A stretch of 64,000 nucleotides of DNA from an uncultured Verrucomicrobiae bacterium (GCA_963707025.1 CAVPOM010000015.1:64001-128000); one strand, 5' to 3'. Shown: positions 38,412 to 47,796, counted from the first letter of the stretch. Translations and numbers: made by a program. The notes: generated by a model from the letters alone, not told the origin.

Positions 38412-39109
38412 GGGCCCTCCTTGACCAGTTGGGATTCCTGGACCGGGCTGGCTACGACGACCAGACGGCTGACAAAAATTCCGGGTGTGACCACCGTTTC
38501 GGGATCTATTTCACCCGCCTCGACCAACTCCTTGACCTGCGCGATCGCCGTTTTTGCGGCCATGCACATAATGGGGGCAAAATTGCGCGCCGTTTTGTTG
38601 TAAACCAGATTGCCATAGCGATCCGCCCGGGCGGCCTTGACCAGTGCGAAGTCCGCGCACAGGCCATGCTCCATCACATATTCCTGGCCTTGGAATCGGC
38701 GCGATTCCTTGCCGGCCGCCAGCAGTGTGCCGACGGAGGAAGGGGTGTAAAAGGCCGGGATGCCCGCCCCGCCGGCCCGGATGCGTTCGGCCAGGGTTCC
38801 TTGCGGCACCAGCTCCAGCTCGATTTCTCCACGCCGGTAAAGTTCGGGAAAGACCGTCGAATTAGCGCTGCGCGGATAGGAGCAGATCATCTTGCGAACC
38901 TGCCCGTGGGCGATCAACGCCGCCAAGCCCACCCGCCCGCTGCCGGTATTGTTGCTGATCACCGTCAGATGGCGCGCCCCGTGGTCGTACAAGGCGTGAA
39001 TCAGCTCAATCGGGCTGCCAGCTTCGCCAAAGCCGCCAATCATCACCGTCGCCCCATCCGGAATGTCGGCGACGGCGGCGGCCAGCGATTCAACCCGCTT
39101 GTTGATCAT
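38399..39109 (-). CDS. pcaI: 3-oxoacid (3-oxoadipate) CoA-transferase subunit A
   Basis: MINK, GGFGEAGSP, SNN.G, ICSYPRS, PQGTLAERIRAGGAGIPAF, ARNFAP. Confidence 0.88.
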   Translation of the reverse strand: MINKRVESLAAAVADIPDGATVMIGGFGEAGSPIELIHALYDHGARHLTVISNNTGSGRVGLAALIAHGQVRKMICSYPRSANSTVFPELYRRGEIELELVPQGTLAERIRAGGAGIPAFYTPSSVGTLLAAGKESRRFQGQEYVMEHGLCADFALVKAARADRYGNLVYNKTARNFAPIMCMAAKTAIAQVKELVEAGEIDPETVVTPGIFVSRLVVVASPVQESQLVKEGPCYP

Positions 39110-40767
39110 CGTCCTGCCTTTGCGGCGTGGGCGGTTGCCCTGGCCCGCCCGGCCCGGGGAAAGTGTTTGCGATGAATGCCGCTCAATTCACTCTCAATCC
39201 CTTTCAACTCGTTTTCGAAAAAGAATTTCGGCGTGTCCAGCGGAACCAGTTTGTCCACCCGCGTTTCCTTCGCGTCGTACTTCGCCAGAAAAACCCGGTC
39301 CATCCAGGCCATGTTGCGGCTTTCGTTGAATTTCAAGGCAAAGACTTTCTCCCCGCCGACTTCGGCGGTGCCCAGAAGGGAGACCTTGCCCGCCGAGCTG
39401 GTCATCGTGATATAGCGCGACGGGCGGTGCAGCGAGGCCAGCGAACGGTAGATGAGGTTGAACACCTTTTCAATATCCGCCAGCGGCGCGGCGAAGTAAT
39501 GTTGCTCGCCGGTGGGGCGCGCGCAGTACATGGCATGAAAACGAACCGAGAGCGCGGCCAGAATGTGGGCCAAATCAATCCAATTCCGCGCCGACCGTTC
39601 CACGTTCACCCGGCCGTTCTTGTCCATGAACAAGCTGACATGGTTCATGATGGGACTTTGGCTGCGCACCACCACGCCGTGGTTTTGCAGCCGGCGCAGG
39701 GCGGCCAGGGTGCTCGGATTGAGCACTTCGCGCGGAGTCGAAAAGTGAGCCATCCAGCAAAGCTGCACCCCGTTGTCGCGGAGCGTATCGAACAAGGCCA
39801 GCATCGGGTCATACTCGTGGCTGAGGATCAGCCCGGGCTGGTAAGTCAGCAGGCGTGAGCCGAGCCGGACGGCCCGGATGTGGAGCAATTCGGGATCTTC
39901 GAGGATGGGCCTCACATATTGGCGCAGGCGTTCCACCGGCAGATAACCCGCGTCCCCCCCGGTGATCAGGATGTCGGTCACCTCCGGATGCGCCCTCAGA
40001 TATTTATGGACCTGGGCGATGTCCTCCTGGATGAACATGTCGTGATCGCCCCGCACCTGCGCATGGCGGAAACAATAGGTGCAATAGGCGAAACAATTCT
40101 GCGTGGTCTGATCGAAAATGAGTTGGCACTGGGGGTATTTGTGCTGGCTGCCATCAAGAATTTCTATGCCCCCTTCTGCCGCCTCCAGCCACGGCTTGTT
40201 CAGCAACTGTTTGCCATCGTGCGGATTAGTCTCCTCCATGTAATCCTCCACCACCTGCTGTCGTTGCTCCTCCGTCCTGGCCGCCACGTAGGCCTCCGTC
40301 ACTTTCTTCCCCATCATGCCCGGCTGGGGGAAGACGAGCTGATACATGGAATCCTGTTCATACTGGTCCCAGTTGATGCTGTTCAAAATGTGCCGGGAGG
40401 CCTTGAACCGATAGACTTCCACGAAAAGCTCCCGTTCCGGGATGTGGCCGGGCTGGATGCCGTTTTTTGCCAGAAGCCTGACCACTTCCCTGAACCCCTC
40501 CAAGCCGGAGTATTGTTCCCGGTCGTGGAAGAGAAAGGGCCGTGATTCGAGAAGCCCGGAGTGCTCCGGGTAGGTGGCCTGCAAACGGCTCAAGACCCCG
40601 GCAGGCAGGAGCCTTTCGGATTGGATGATCTGACGGGTTTCCTCCGGGTAGCCGTAGCGATCCAGCATCTTGGCGACATCGGCTGCCGTCACCGTGTCCG
40701 TGACTTTGGCCGGGATCGTCCCGGCCTTGCGGGAGTCGGATCTGTTTCCGTTCAACGCCATCTTCAT
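39106..40767 (-). CDS. KamA/lysine-2,3-aminomutase-family radical SAM + PLP enzyme
   Basis: QHKYP, CFAYCTYCFR (CxxxCxxC), DILITGGD, RLGSR, MAHF..PRE, RSQSP, SAGKV (probable PLP Lys). Probable start MKMALNG. Confidence 0.9.
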   Translation of the reverse strand: MKMALNGNRSDSRKAGTIPAKVTDTVTAADVAKMLDRYGYPEETRQIIQSERLLPAGVLSRLQATYPEHSGLLESRPFLFHDREQYSGLEGFREVVRLLAKNGIQPGHIPERELFVEVYRFKASRHILNSINWDQYEQDSMYQLVFPQPGMMGKKVTEAYVAARTEEQRQQVVEDYMEETNPHDGKQLLNKPWLEAAEGGIEILDGSQHKYPQCQLIFDQTTQNCFAYCTYCFRHAQVRGDHDMFIQEDIAQVHKYLRAHPEVTDILITGGDAGYLPVERLRQYVRPILEDPELLHIRAVRLGSRLLTYQPGLILSHEYDPMLALFDTLRDNGVQLCWMAHFSTPREVLNPSTLAALRRLQNHGVVVRSQSPIMNHVSLFMDKNGRVNVERSARNWIDLAHILAALSVRFHAMYCARPTGEQHYFAAPLADIEKVFNLIYRSLASLHRPSRYITMTSSAGKVSLLGTAEVGGEKVFALKFNESRNMAWMDRVFLAKYDAKETRVDKLVPLDTPKFFFENELKGIESELSGIHRKHFPRAGRARATAHAAKAGR

Positions 40768-41190
40768 AGCTTGTGTTTTGTGTCTGGCAACTGCCCGATT
40801 TTGCTCACGCGGGGCCAGCCGATTTGCCCCGCGGCACTCACCTTGCACGGGGCGGGCGCAGTATCAGGTTGGATCAAATATACGCAGCCTGAGCCGAATC
40901 ACTTGCCCTCGGTTGGCAAAAGCCTACCATTTTTTGGCAGGCCGGAAAATCCTGATTTCAATCCCATTCCCAAGCTCAATCCCAATGCCAATCCCGTTAA
41001 ACTATTCCCCCGGAACGCCGATGATTATCCATGGCGACGACCATCATGGCTCAATGGACCATGTCGTTGCTAAAACAGCGGGCGATATGAACGTTAAAAC
41101 GAGCGAAGAGGGCTTGGGTTCATTGGAACGAAGTGTTTGGACGGTCGAGGCGGTTGCCTCCCGGTGCCGAGAGACTTGCCCATCATTCCC

Positions 41191-42108
41191 ATGAACTCGC
41201 CCAGCCCAACGAGAGACTATCTGGATGACGTGGTGCGAAAGATTCACAATTCGCGTCAAGTCATTCTCAATCCAGCCGAACGCTACTTGAATGGCGTTGC
41301 CAGTCTGCCTCCGGCCCCGATGCTCATGACCGAATTGCTGGCTCTGTTCCAGGACCCTGACCGCGATGTGGACCACGCTGTGGAACTGATCAGTTACGAG
41401 CCTGTCTTAACGGCCCAGATTCTTCGCACCTGCAACAGCGCCTGTTTCGCCGGCGAGCAGCGCCCCGGGGACATCTTTGAGGCCGTTTCCAGAATTGGGT
41501 TTTACCAGGTTTACTCCCTGGTGGTTTCCATTTTTGGCGCCAGGGCAAAATCCATGGAGGGAGCCGACCAGGGGGTGAAGGTGGACGAGTTATGGCGTCA
41601 TTCCGTGGCGGTCGCCGTGTCGGCTGCCGCGGTGGCGGAGGAAACCGGGCAGGCCAAGACGGTCGCTTTCACGGCGGGGTTGTTGCACGACATTGGCAAG
41701 CTGGTGCTGGCTTCGGCTGAGCGCGAGCGTTACGCCCGATTAATTCAAAGCGCGAAAGACCAGGGCCTGGCCTTGAGCGCGTTGGAACGCTCCGCCTTGG
41801 GAACGGACCATGCCGAACTGGGCGGTGAATTGATGAGCCGCTGGAAATTGCCGCCGGATGTCGTCGCCGCCGTCCGCCATCACCACGACCTTGAGGCCCC
41901 GCCGCCCTACGGCGAGTTGACCGCGGCCGTGCAGGTCGGGGACATGATCGGGCATCAACTTTTCGCCGATGATCTGGCCAACACCGCCTTTTTGCCAACC
42001 TCGCCAGCCTCCCTGGAGGCGCTCCAACTCAGTCCCGGCGCAGTTCCCCGCCTCCTGGCCAAAACGCAAGCCGAGATGGAAAAAGTCAAGGGCATGCTGG
42101 AGATATAA
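41191..42108 (+). CDS. HDOD-domain signalling protein
   Basis: LPPAP, EPVLTAQILRTCNS, LWRHSVAVA, AFTAGLLHDIGKL, HAELG..L..WKLP, HHH. Confidence 0.92.
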   Translation: MNSPSPTRDYLDDVVRKIHNSRQVILNPAERYLNGVASLPPAPMLMTELLALFQDPDRDVDHAVELISYEPVLTAQILRTCNSACFAGEQRPGDIFEAVSRIGFYQVYSLVVSIFGARAKSMEGADQGVKVDELWRHSVAVAVSAAAVAEETGQAKTVAFTAGLLHDIGKLVLASAERERYARLIQSAKDQGLALSALERSALGTDHAELGGELMSRWKLPPDVVAAVRHHHDLEAPPPYGELTAAVQVGDMIGHQLFADDLANTAFLPTSPASLEALQLSPGAVPRLLAKTQAEMEKVKGMLEI

Positions 42109-42201
42109 CCGGGCTTAGGCTCCGTGCAAAAACAACTTCGGATATTCAAGCGCAATTCGAACATGATCGAAGTGGCGCCTCGGAGCGCCCCCCTTGAAAG
42201 C

Positions 42202-42302
42202 AATTGAGAATTGAAAATTGACAATTTGTCATCGGTCATTGCGCGGTCCGGGAGGTGGTTTTCAATTGCCAATGACCAATTTTCAATGATCAATTCTCAA
42301 TC
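42202..42302. repeat. Inverted pair of heptamer arrays (AATTGAN / NTCAATT) between convergent genes
   Basis: AATTGAG AATTGAA AATTGAC ... TTCAATT GCCAATG ACCAATT TTCAATG ATCAATT CTCAAT. Confidence 0.75.
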
Positions 42303-42354
42303 CGAATCGGCCTTGCTCCAAAAGCAAAATCGGAGGTTATTCTTGCACGCATCC

Positions 42355-43408
42355 TTACCTGGCCCAGCCGCAGGTTTGGGCCAGACAGATCAGGCCGTAG
42401 GCCAGCAGAGCGGTGGCCGGAATGGTCATCACCCAGGCCCATAAGATGCGTTCGACTAATTCCCAGTTCAGGGCATTGAATCGGCGGGCGCAGCCCACAC
42501 CCATGATGGCCGTGGTGATGGAATGGGTGGTGGAGATGGGCAGGCCCAGCTCGCCGGTCACCAGCAGCAGGGTCGCGGCGGTGGTCTCGGCGGCGAAGCC
42601 ATGCACGGGACGCAAACGGACCATTTTGCGGCCCAGCGTTTGAATGATGCGCCAGCCCCCGATGTAGGTGCCCAGGGCCATGGCCAAACCGCAGGACCAT
42701 TTCATCCAGGTTTTGATTTCGAAATCCGGGCAGGAGAGAAAATTCAGCCAATGGGGCAGTTGCCGCAGGCCGCCGTTTCTGCTGGCGACAAAGCAGGCCA
42801 GGGCCACGATGCCCATGGTCTTCTGGCCGTCGGCGAAGCCGTGCGACCAGCCCATGTAGGAAGCGCTGACCAGTTGCAGCTTGCCAAAAAGCGCATCCAC
42901 CAGACGCGGACGCATGGAGCGAATGATGACAAACAGCAGAGTCATGACCAGCATGCCGCCGGCGAACCCGATGAGCGGGGACGCCAGCATGGGCACGACG
43001 ACCTTGTGATAGAAAAGCCGGCCATTTAATCACTTGCCAGTGGTTGTGGGCGGAGGCCAGGGCGGCGCCGATCAGTCCGCCGAAGACCGCATGGCTGGAA
43101 CTGGAAGGCAGTCCAAAATACCAAGTCAGAACGTTCCAGGCGATGCCGGCCAGCATGGCGCAAAAGATGGTGTCGGTGGTGATGAACTGGGAATCCATCA
43201 AATCGGCTCCGATCGTGGTGGCCACGGCCACGCCGCACAGGGCGCCGAGAAAATTGGTGATCGCGCCCAGGGTCACGGCCTGGCGCGGGGTCAGGACCCG
43301 GGTGCCCACCACGGTGGCGATGGCGTTGGCGGCATCGTGAAAGCCGTTGGTGAAGGTGAACCCCAGCACGGTCAGGTTGACCAGCAGGAGGAGAATAACC
43401 GGTTCCAT
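42355..43408 (-). CDS. pit: PiT-family inorganic phosphate transporter (frameshift near 43010)
   Basis: NGFHDAANAIATVV and GLPSSSSHA in one frame. HGFADGQKTMG, GGWRII and PISTTH in the next. Confidence 0.9.
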
Positions 43409-43414
43409 GAGGGC

Positions 43415-44041
43415 CTAGGAATGCTTGAGGACCACATTGTCAACCACGTTTCCGGCGTCGCGGCAGCGGTCCACCACCTTCTCCAGCAACTCGTAAAGAT
43501 CCTTGGCCATGATGACGGTCAAGGTCGGATGGGCCGCGCTGTAGAGTTCGGTCAACAACTGGAGCACCAGCTTGTCGGCTTCGCCTTCGATGGTCTGGAG
43601 CTTTTCATTGGCTTGATTGACCGCTTCAAAATGGGACTCTTCCAGCTCTTTGATCATGAAGGCGACGGTATCGGTGGCTTGCTCGACCAGGGCGATCTGA
43701 CGGGAAAAATCAATGGAACCCAAATGCGGCGCGCAGATCAGATAGCGGCCGGCAAATTTTTCGACCGTCTTGGGCACGCGGTAAAGCGAGCGGGAAATGG
43801 CCTCGATGTCCTCCCGGTCCAGTCCGGTGATGGAGGCGCGGGCCAGCAGTTCGGTGATTTGCACGGTGATCTGTTTGTCCTTGCGGCGGGCGGCGGCGAA
43901 TTGCGCCAGGCTGGCGTCCGGCGCGGCCTTTTGCATGATTTGCTGGAGCGCCTGCACGCTGGCCCGCCCCTCCTCGGCGCTGGCCTGGAGCAGCCGAAAA
44001 AACTGGTCATCCCTGGCAAACCACTTTTGAATGGAAAACAT
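43415..44041 (-). CDS. DUF47 (PhoU-like) phosphate transport regulator
   Basis: ITGLDREDI, IEGEAD, KDLYELLEKVVDRC.D. Directly upstream of pit. Confidence 0.9.
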   Translation of the reverse strand: MFSIQKWFARDDQFFRLLQASAEEGRASVQALQQIMQKAAPDASLAQFAAARRKDKQITVQITELLARASITGLDREDIEAISRSLYRVPKTVEKFAGRYLICAPHLGSIDFSRQIALVEQATDTVAFMIKELEESHFEAVNQANEKLQTIEGEADKLVLQLLTELYSAAHPTLTVIMAKDLYELLEKVVDRCRDAGNVVDNVVLKHS

Positions 44042-44064
44042 CGCGCCGCCTTGTATAACTAATC

Positions 44065-44091
44065 GTCACCTGATTGTCACATTGTATTAAT
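44065..44091. promoter_or_regulatory. Pho-box-like 11-bp-period direct repeat
   Basis: GTCAC at 44065 and 44076 and TTAAT at 44087, in the 51-bp divergent gap upstream of DUF47-pit. Confidence 0.4.
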
Positions 44092-44092
44092 T

Positions 44093-44992
44093 ATGCTCAC
44101 GCTCGAATTCCTGGCCCAATTGGCCCAAACCCACCGCCCGGCCCTCGCCGCCCGCGTGCGCGAGTTTTCCCTTGACGGCCAGGCCTTCCGCTTCAACTCC
44201 GCACCGGCCATCATGGGCGTGATCAATCTTTCGCCCGACTCCTGGTACCGCGAGAGTGTTTGCCTGACGGCGGAAAAGGCCGTCGCGCGCGGCCAGGTTC
44301 TCCGCGCCCAGGGGGCGCGCCTCATTGATGTGGGGGCGGAATCCACCCTGGGCCAGGCGGCCCGCCTCGGCCCCGCTGAACAGAAAAGGAAGCTGCTGCC
44401 GGTCATCCGCGGGCTGGCGGCGGAGAAGATTCTCGTCTCGGTGGAAACTTACCAGCCCGGCGTGGCCCGCGCCTGCCTGGAGGCCGGCGCCCGCGTGCTC
44501 AATTTCACCGGAACAGAAAAGGCGGCGGAAGTTTTCCGCATGGCCGCCCACCATGGCGCCGCCGTGATTATCTGTTACGTGCAGGGACGCCATGTGCGCG
44601 CGGTGGGTGATTTTGCCTTCGGCGCGGACCCCGCCGCCGCCCTGCACAACTATTTTTCGCGCCTGACCGAACTGGCTGTCAAAAACGGGGTGGATAAAAT
44701 TGTGATTGACCCCGGCCTCGGCTTTTATTATCGGAACTTGCAGGACAGCGCGCTTCGTGTCCGGCATCAGATGCGGGTTTTTTTGAACACGTTCCGTCTG
44801 CGGACGCTGGGATTTCCGGTTTGTCACGCCCTGCCCCACGCCTTTGCCTGCTTTGGGGAGGAGGTGCGCGCCGCCGAACCGTTTTTTGCCGTGCTGGCGG
44901 CGCTGGGCAAGACCGATCTCTTCCGAACCCACGAAGTCCCGCGCGTCAAGGCGGTGCTTGATACCTTGAGCATTTTTCCCACAAAACCATGA
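44093..44992 (+). CDS. Dihydropteroate synthase-like pterin-binding protein (atypical)
   Basis: IMGVINLSPDS, IDVGAEST, SVET, IDPGLGF, RTHEV. The usual SRK motif is missing. Confidence 0.8.
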   Translation: MLTLEFLAQLAQTHRPALAARVREFSLDGQAFRFNSAPAIMGVINLSPDSWYRESVCLTAEKAVARGQVLRAQGARLIDVGAESTLGQAARLGPAEQKRKLLPVIRGLAAEKILVSVETYQPGVARACLEAGARVLNFTGTEKAAEVFRMAAHHGAAVIICYVQGRHVRAVGDFAFGADPAAALHNYFSRLTELAVKNGVDKIVIDPGLGFYYRNLQDSALRVRHQMRVFLNTFRLRTLGFPVCHALPHAFACFGEEVRAAEPFFAVLAALGKTDLFRTHEVPRVKAVLDTLSIFPTKP

Positions 44993-45115
44993 GCTGCGCC
45001 GTGATGCAAACCGATTTGGAAGACCCCGTTTTACCGGGAAATTACCTGGCTGCTGTGGATGATTTCCTCCGGCCGCGTGCCGCGCCAAAGAGGGGTCAAT
45101 CATAATAATACTTGA

Positions 45116-46117
45116 TTAGTCCTGAGCCGCCCGCCCCGGCCCGCTTTTCCGGCAAAGGAACACGCCCTCCTCCCCGGACGGGGCCACCCATTGTTCCCGC
45201 GCCTCCAGCCGGTGCAGCCGGAGCAGGTCGCAAATCCGCTCCGGCGTGTAGCGATAGGAAAAGAAGAGGCGGATTTCATCCCCGGCGCCAAATGCAAAAG
45301 GTTCGCCCTGGACGGTGAGCGAGCGGCGTCGTGTCAAGTGGAAATACGCCGCCACCCTTTTGCAGCCGGCCGCGGAATCCTCAATGGCAAAACGCACCGC
45401 GCCGTCTCCGCGCTCGAACCCCAGGTCGAACAGAAAGGTCGTCAGCCAGTCGCGGGTGGGCGGATTGTCGTAACCGGGGAGGATGCGCTCCATGCCGGCG
45501 GCGTAATCGGGGCCGGGGGCCAGATTCGCGCTGAAAAGCAGCCAATCCTCGCCCCCCACCAGGCCGGCCAGGCGCTGCAAAATCAGTTCCGGCTCAAAAT
45601 TGGGAATCATGCCGAAAAAGGTCAGCAAGCGCGCGGCGCCGGCGGCGCCGGGCGGGCCGAAAATTTCAGCCAGATCATCGGCCGCGGCCAGATCGCAAAC
45701 CAGGGGAGCGCACGGCACATCTGCCACCGCCTCCCGGGCGGCCTGGCGGGCGGTCAACGCCAGCGCCAGGCTGACATCGCAGGGCCGGTAGGACACTTTC
45801 CTCCCCTGGCCGGCCAGCAGGCGCAGCAAGCGGGCGTCTTTCTGGCCGCCGCCGCAGCCCAATCCGATGACTTGAACCTCCGGCGCCGGCACCCGCTCCG
45901 CCGCGGCGGCGCAGGCGCTGTCGTACATCGCCCGGCAAGCGGGATCGGTGCGCGAGGGCGAACAGGCTTCGTGCAGGGCCAGCCACTTTTGCGCCTGTTT
46001 CCAGGATTCGTAGTGGAACTTGGGATTGACAGAGCGCGCCCGCAGGGAATCGAGCAGGTCGCGCCGGACATTTTCCGGGAACTGGCTGGAATGAATGGTG
46101 ACGCTGGCCAAGGCCAT
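45116..46117 (-). CDS. EgtD-like SAM-dependent methyltransferase (Methyltransf_33)
   Basis: PKFHY, IGLGCGGGQKD, PCDVS, FFGMIPNFEP, GYDNP, FFSYRY. Confidence 0.78.
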   Translation of the reverse strand: MALASVTIHSSQFPENVRRDLLDSLRARSVNPKFHYESWKQAQKWLALHEACSPSRTDPACRAMYDSACAAAAERVPAPEVQVIGLGCGGGQKDARLLRLLAGQGRKVSYRPCDVSLALALTARQAAREAVADVPCAPLVCDLAAADDLAEIFGPPGAAGAARLLTFFGMIPNFEPELILQRLAGLVGGEDWLLFSANLAPGPDYAAGMERILPGYDNPPTRDWLTTFLFDLGFERGDGAVRFAIEDSAAGCKRVAAYFHLTRRRSLTVQGEPFAFGAGDEIRLFFSYRYTPERICDLLRLHRLEAREQWVAPSGEEGVFLCRKSGPGRAAQD

Positions 46118-46157
46118 AAGTTTTAAGCAATGAACACAAAAAACGGTTTGAAGGGAA

Positions 46158-46290
46158 GATTAGGATTAAGATTAGGATTCGGAAAGGGATTCTGGATTGA
46201 GATCAGAGTTGCGGTTGGCTCCCCCCCGTGGGGGCGGGAACTGAAACCAGGTGAAACCAGGTGAAACTAGGTGAAATTAACTGAAATTGA
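46158..46290. repeat. Short tandem repeats: GATTAR x3-4 (46158-46179) and 10-bp STGAAAYYRR x5 (46241-46290)
   Basis: gattag gattaa gattag gatt; ctgaaaccag gtgaaaccag gtgaaactag gtgaaattaa ctgaaattga. Confidence 0.85.
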
Positions 46291-46489
46291 TGTGAAAATA
46301 ACCGGGCCGGTTTTGCGCCACGAAACCCGAAAAACGGGGGACATCCCCTCCCGGGCCTTTCGCCGTCCGATTCCGCAGTTGCCGTTCCCATGCTCACTAT
46401 GGCAGTCTATCATTTACTGAGTAATTGTCAACGGGAAAAATGAAAAAAAGCGATGGAACAGCAGCCAAGAATTTTTACCGCGGATTACG

Positions 46490-47796
46490 GTAGAGTAGGC
46501 GGGGTGCGCATGGCAGCCCCGCCCCTCGTCGAACCGGACGTGCGGCTTTTCCGCATCCGGCTCTCATGCAGTCTGTCGCCTCTGGCATTCACAGGCTGAT
46601 TAACCCCATTCGATTGAGATGTTCATAGAAGCTCATCCCCGCCGGGGGACGATAGCCGCGCTGGCTCCTGCGTTGGAGATGATACGTCAGCCGTTGCCGA
46701 ACGTACGAGTTGATCTGCCGATACGCCTTGCGCGGATACCCCAGACTGAAATACTTCCCCCATCCGCGCAGATGCCGGTTGATCGTCCTGGTCAGTTCGG
46801 GCAGGGGCGTGTGGCACTGTTCCGGCCCGGTCATCCGCCGCAACGCTTCCCGCTCGCGGGCCAATGCTTTGGCCGATGGTTCCAGGTTCAGATACCGGTA
46901 GTTGCCGCCGTGGAGGTCTCGATCAAACCGAAAGGTGTAGCCCAGAAAGTCCAGGCTCGCCTTGGGTTCTTTGAGTTCCACCACCCGCGTCTTTTCCCGG
47001 TTCACCGTCAGGCCCAACCACCCTTCCAGCTTGGCCTCAAGGAAGCCCCGCAGCCGCTGGCTTTGATACCGCGCCAGCACCACAAAATCGTCCGCATACC
47101 GCACCAGCTTGGCTTTGGCCCATTGGGCCGGCCCGTCGGCGCGTTGAAACGCTTTGTCGAACCAGTGCAGGTAGATGTTCGCCAGCAGCGGCGAGATCAC
47201 CCCGCCCTGCGGGGTGCCCCGCTCGTTGCGCTGGACTGTGGGCGACCCTCCCTCCTTCTTCTCCACTACCGGAGCTTGCAGCCACATCCGTATCAGGCGC
47301 AGCACCGCCCGGTCCACCACTCGCATCCGCACACAGGCCATGAGCTTGTCATGCGGAATGGAATCGAAGTAGCCCTTGAGGTCGGCATCATACACCGCGC
47401 AGTATCCGGCCTTCAGATGTTCTTGGATTTCCCGCAACGCCAGATGCGCCGAGCGCCCCGGCCGAAATCCGTAGGAACATTCTTCAAAGTCCGCTTCAAA
47501 GATCGGCTCCAGAATCAGCCATGTGGCCGTCTGGACGACCCGGTCGCGTACCGTCGGAATGCCCAGCGGCCTCAGTTTCCCGTTGGCTTTGGGGATATAC
47601 ATCCGATAAGTTGGCCACCTTCGTTTACGTGTAACGAGGCTCATTTCGGTTCGCTTTCGCTACAGCTCGGCGCGCGCTTCCCGCAGCTTCCGCGCCGGTG
47701 TTGCCACCGCCGCGGTGCGGGTCGCTTCATGTTTCATGGACTCTTACATGGCTCACCTCTCAGTTCGCACGATCAACCAGACTTCGCCTGGCGCAC
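46490..47796 (-). mobile_element. Group II intron (class IIC-like), internally deleted
   Basis: 5' end GTGCGCCAGGC at 47796. Domain V/VI GAGAGCCGGATGCGGAAAAGCCGCACGTCCGGTTCGACGAGGGG...CTACTCTAC ends at 46490. Total length is only about 1.3 kb. Confidence 0.9.
46589..47606 (-). pseudogene. Group II intron reverse transcriptase/maturase, N-terminally truncated, no endonuclease domain
   Basis: [77 protein letters not shown]. Confidence 0.92.

Noticed and set aside
39106..40767. EpmB (EF-P beta-lysylation) or lysine-fermentation kamA
   Set aside because: Much longer than EpmB, no efp/epmA or kamDE/kdd neighbours, and the lysine-binding Asp residues are not evident.
45116..46117. Ergothioneine biosynthesis cluster
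   Set aside because: Only a divergent EgtD-like methyltransferase is present, with no egtB or egtC adjacent.
46589..47644. Retron, DGR or defence-associated reverse transcriptase
   Set aside because: Clear group II intron 5' end, domain V/VI and maturase domain. No template/variable repeats or msr-msd seen.
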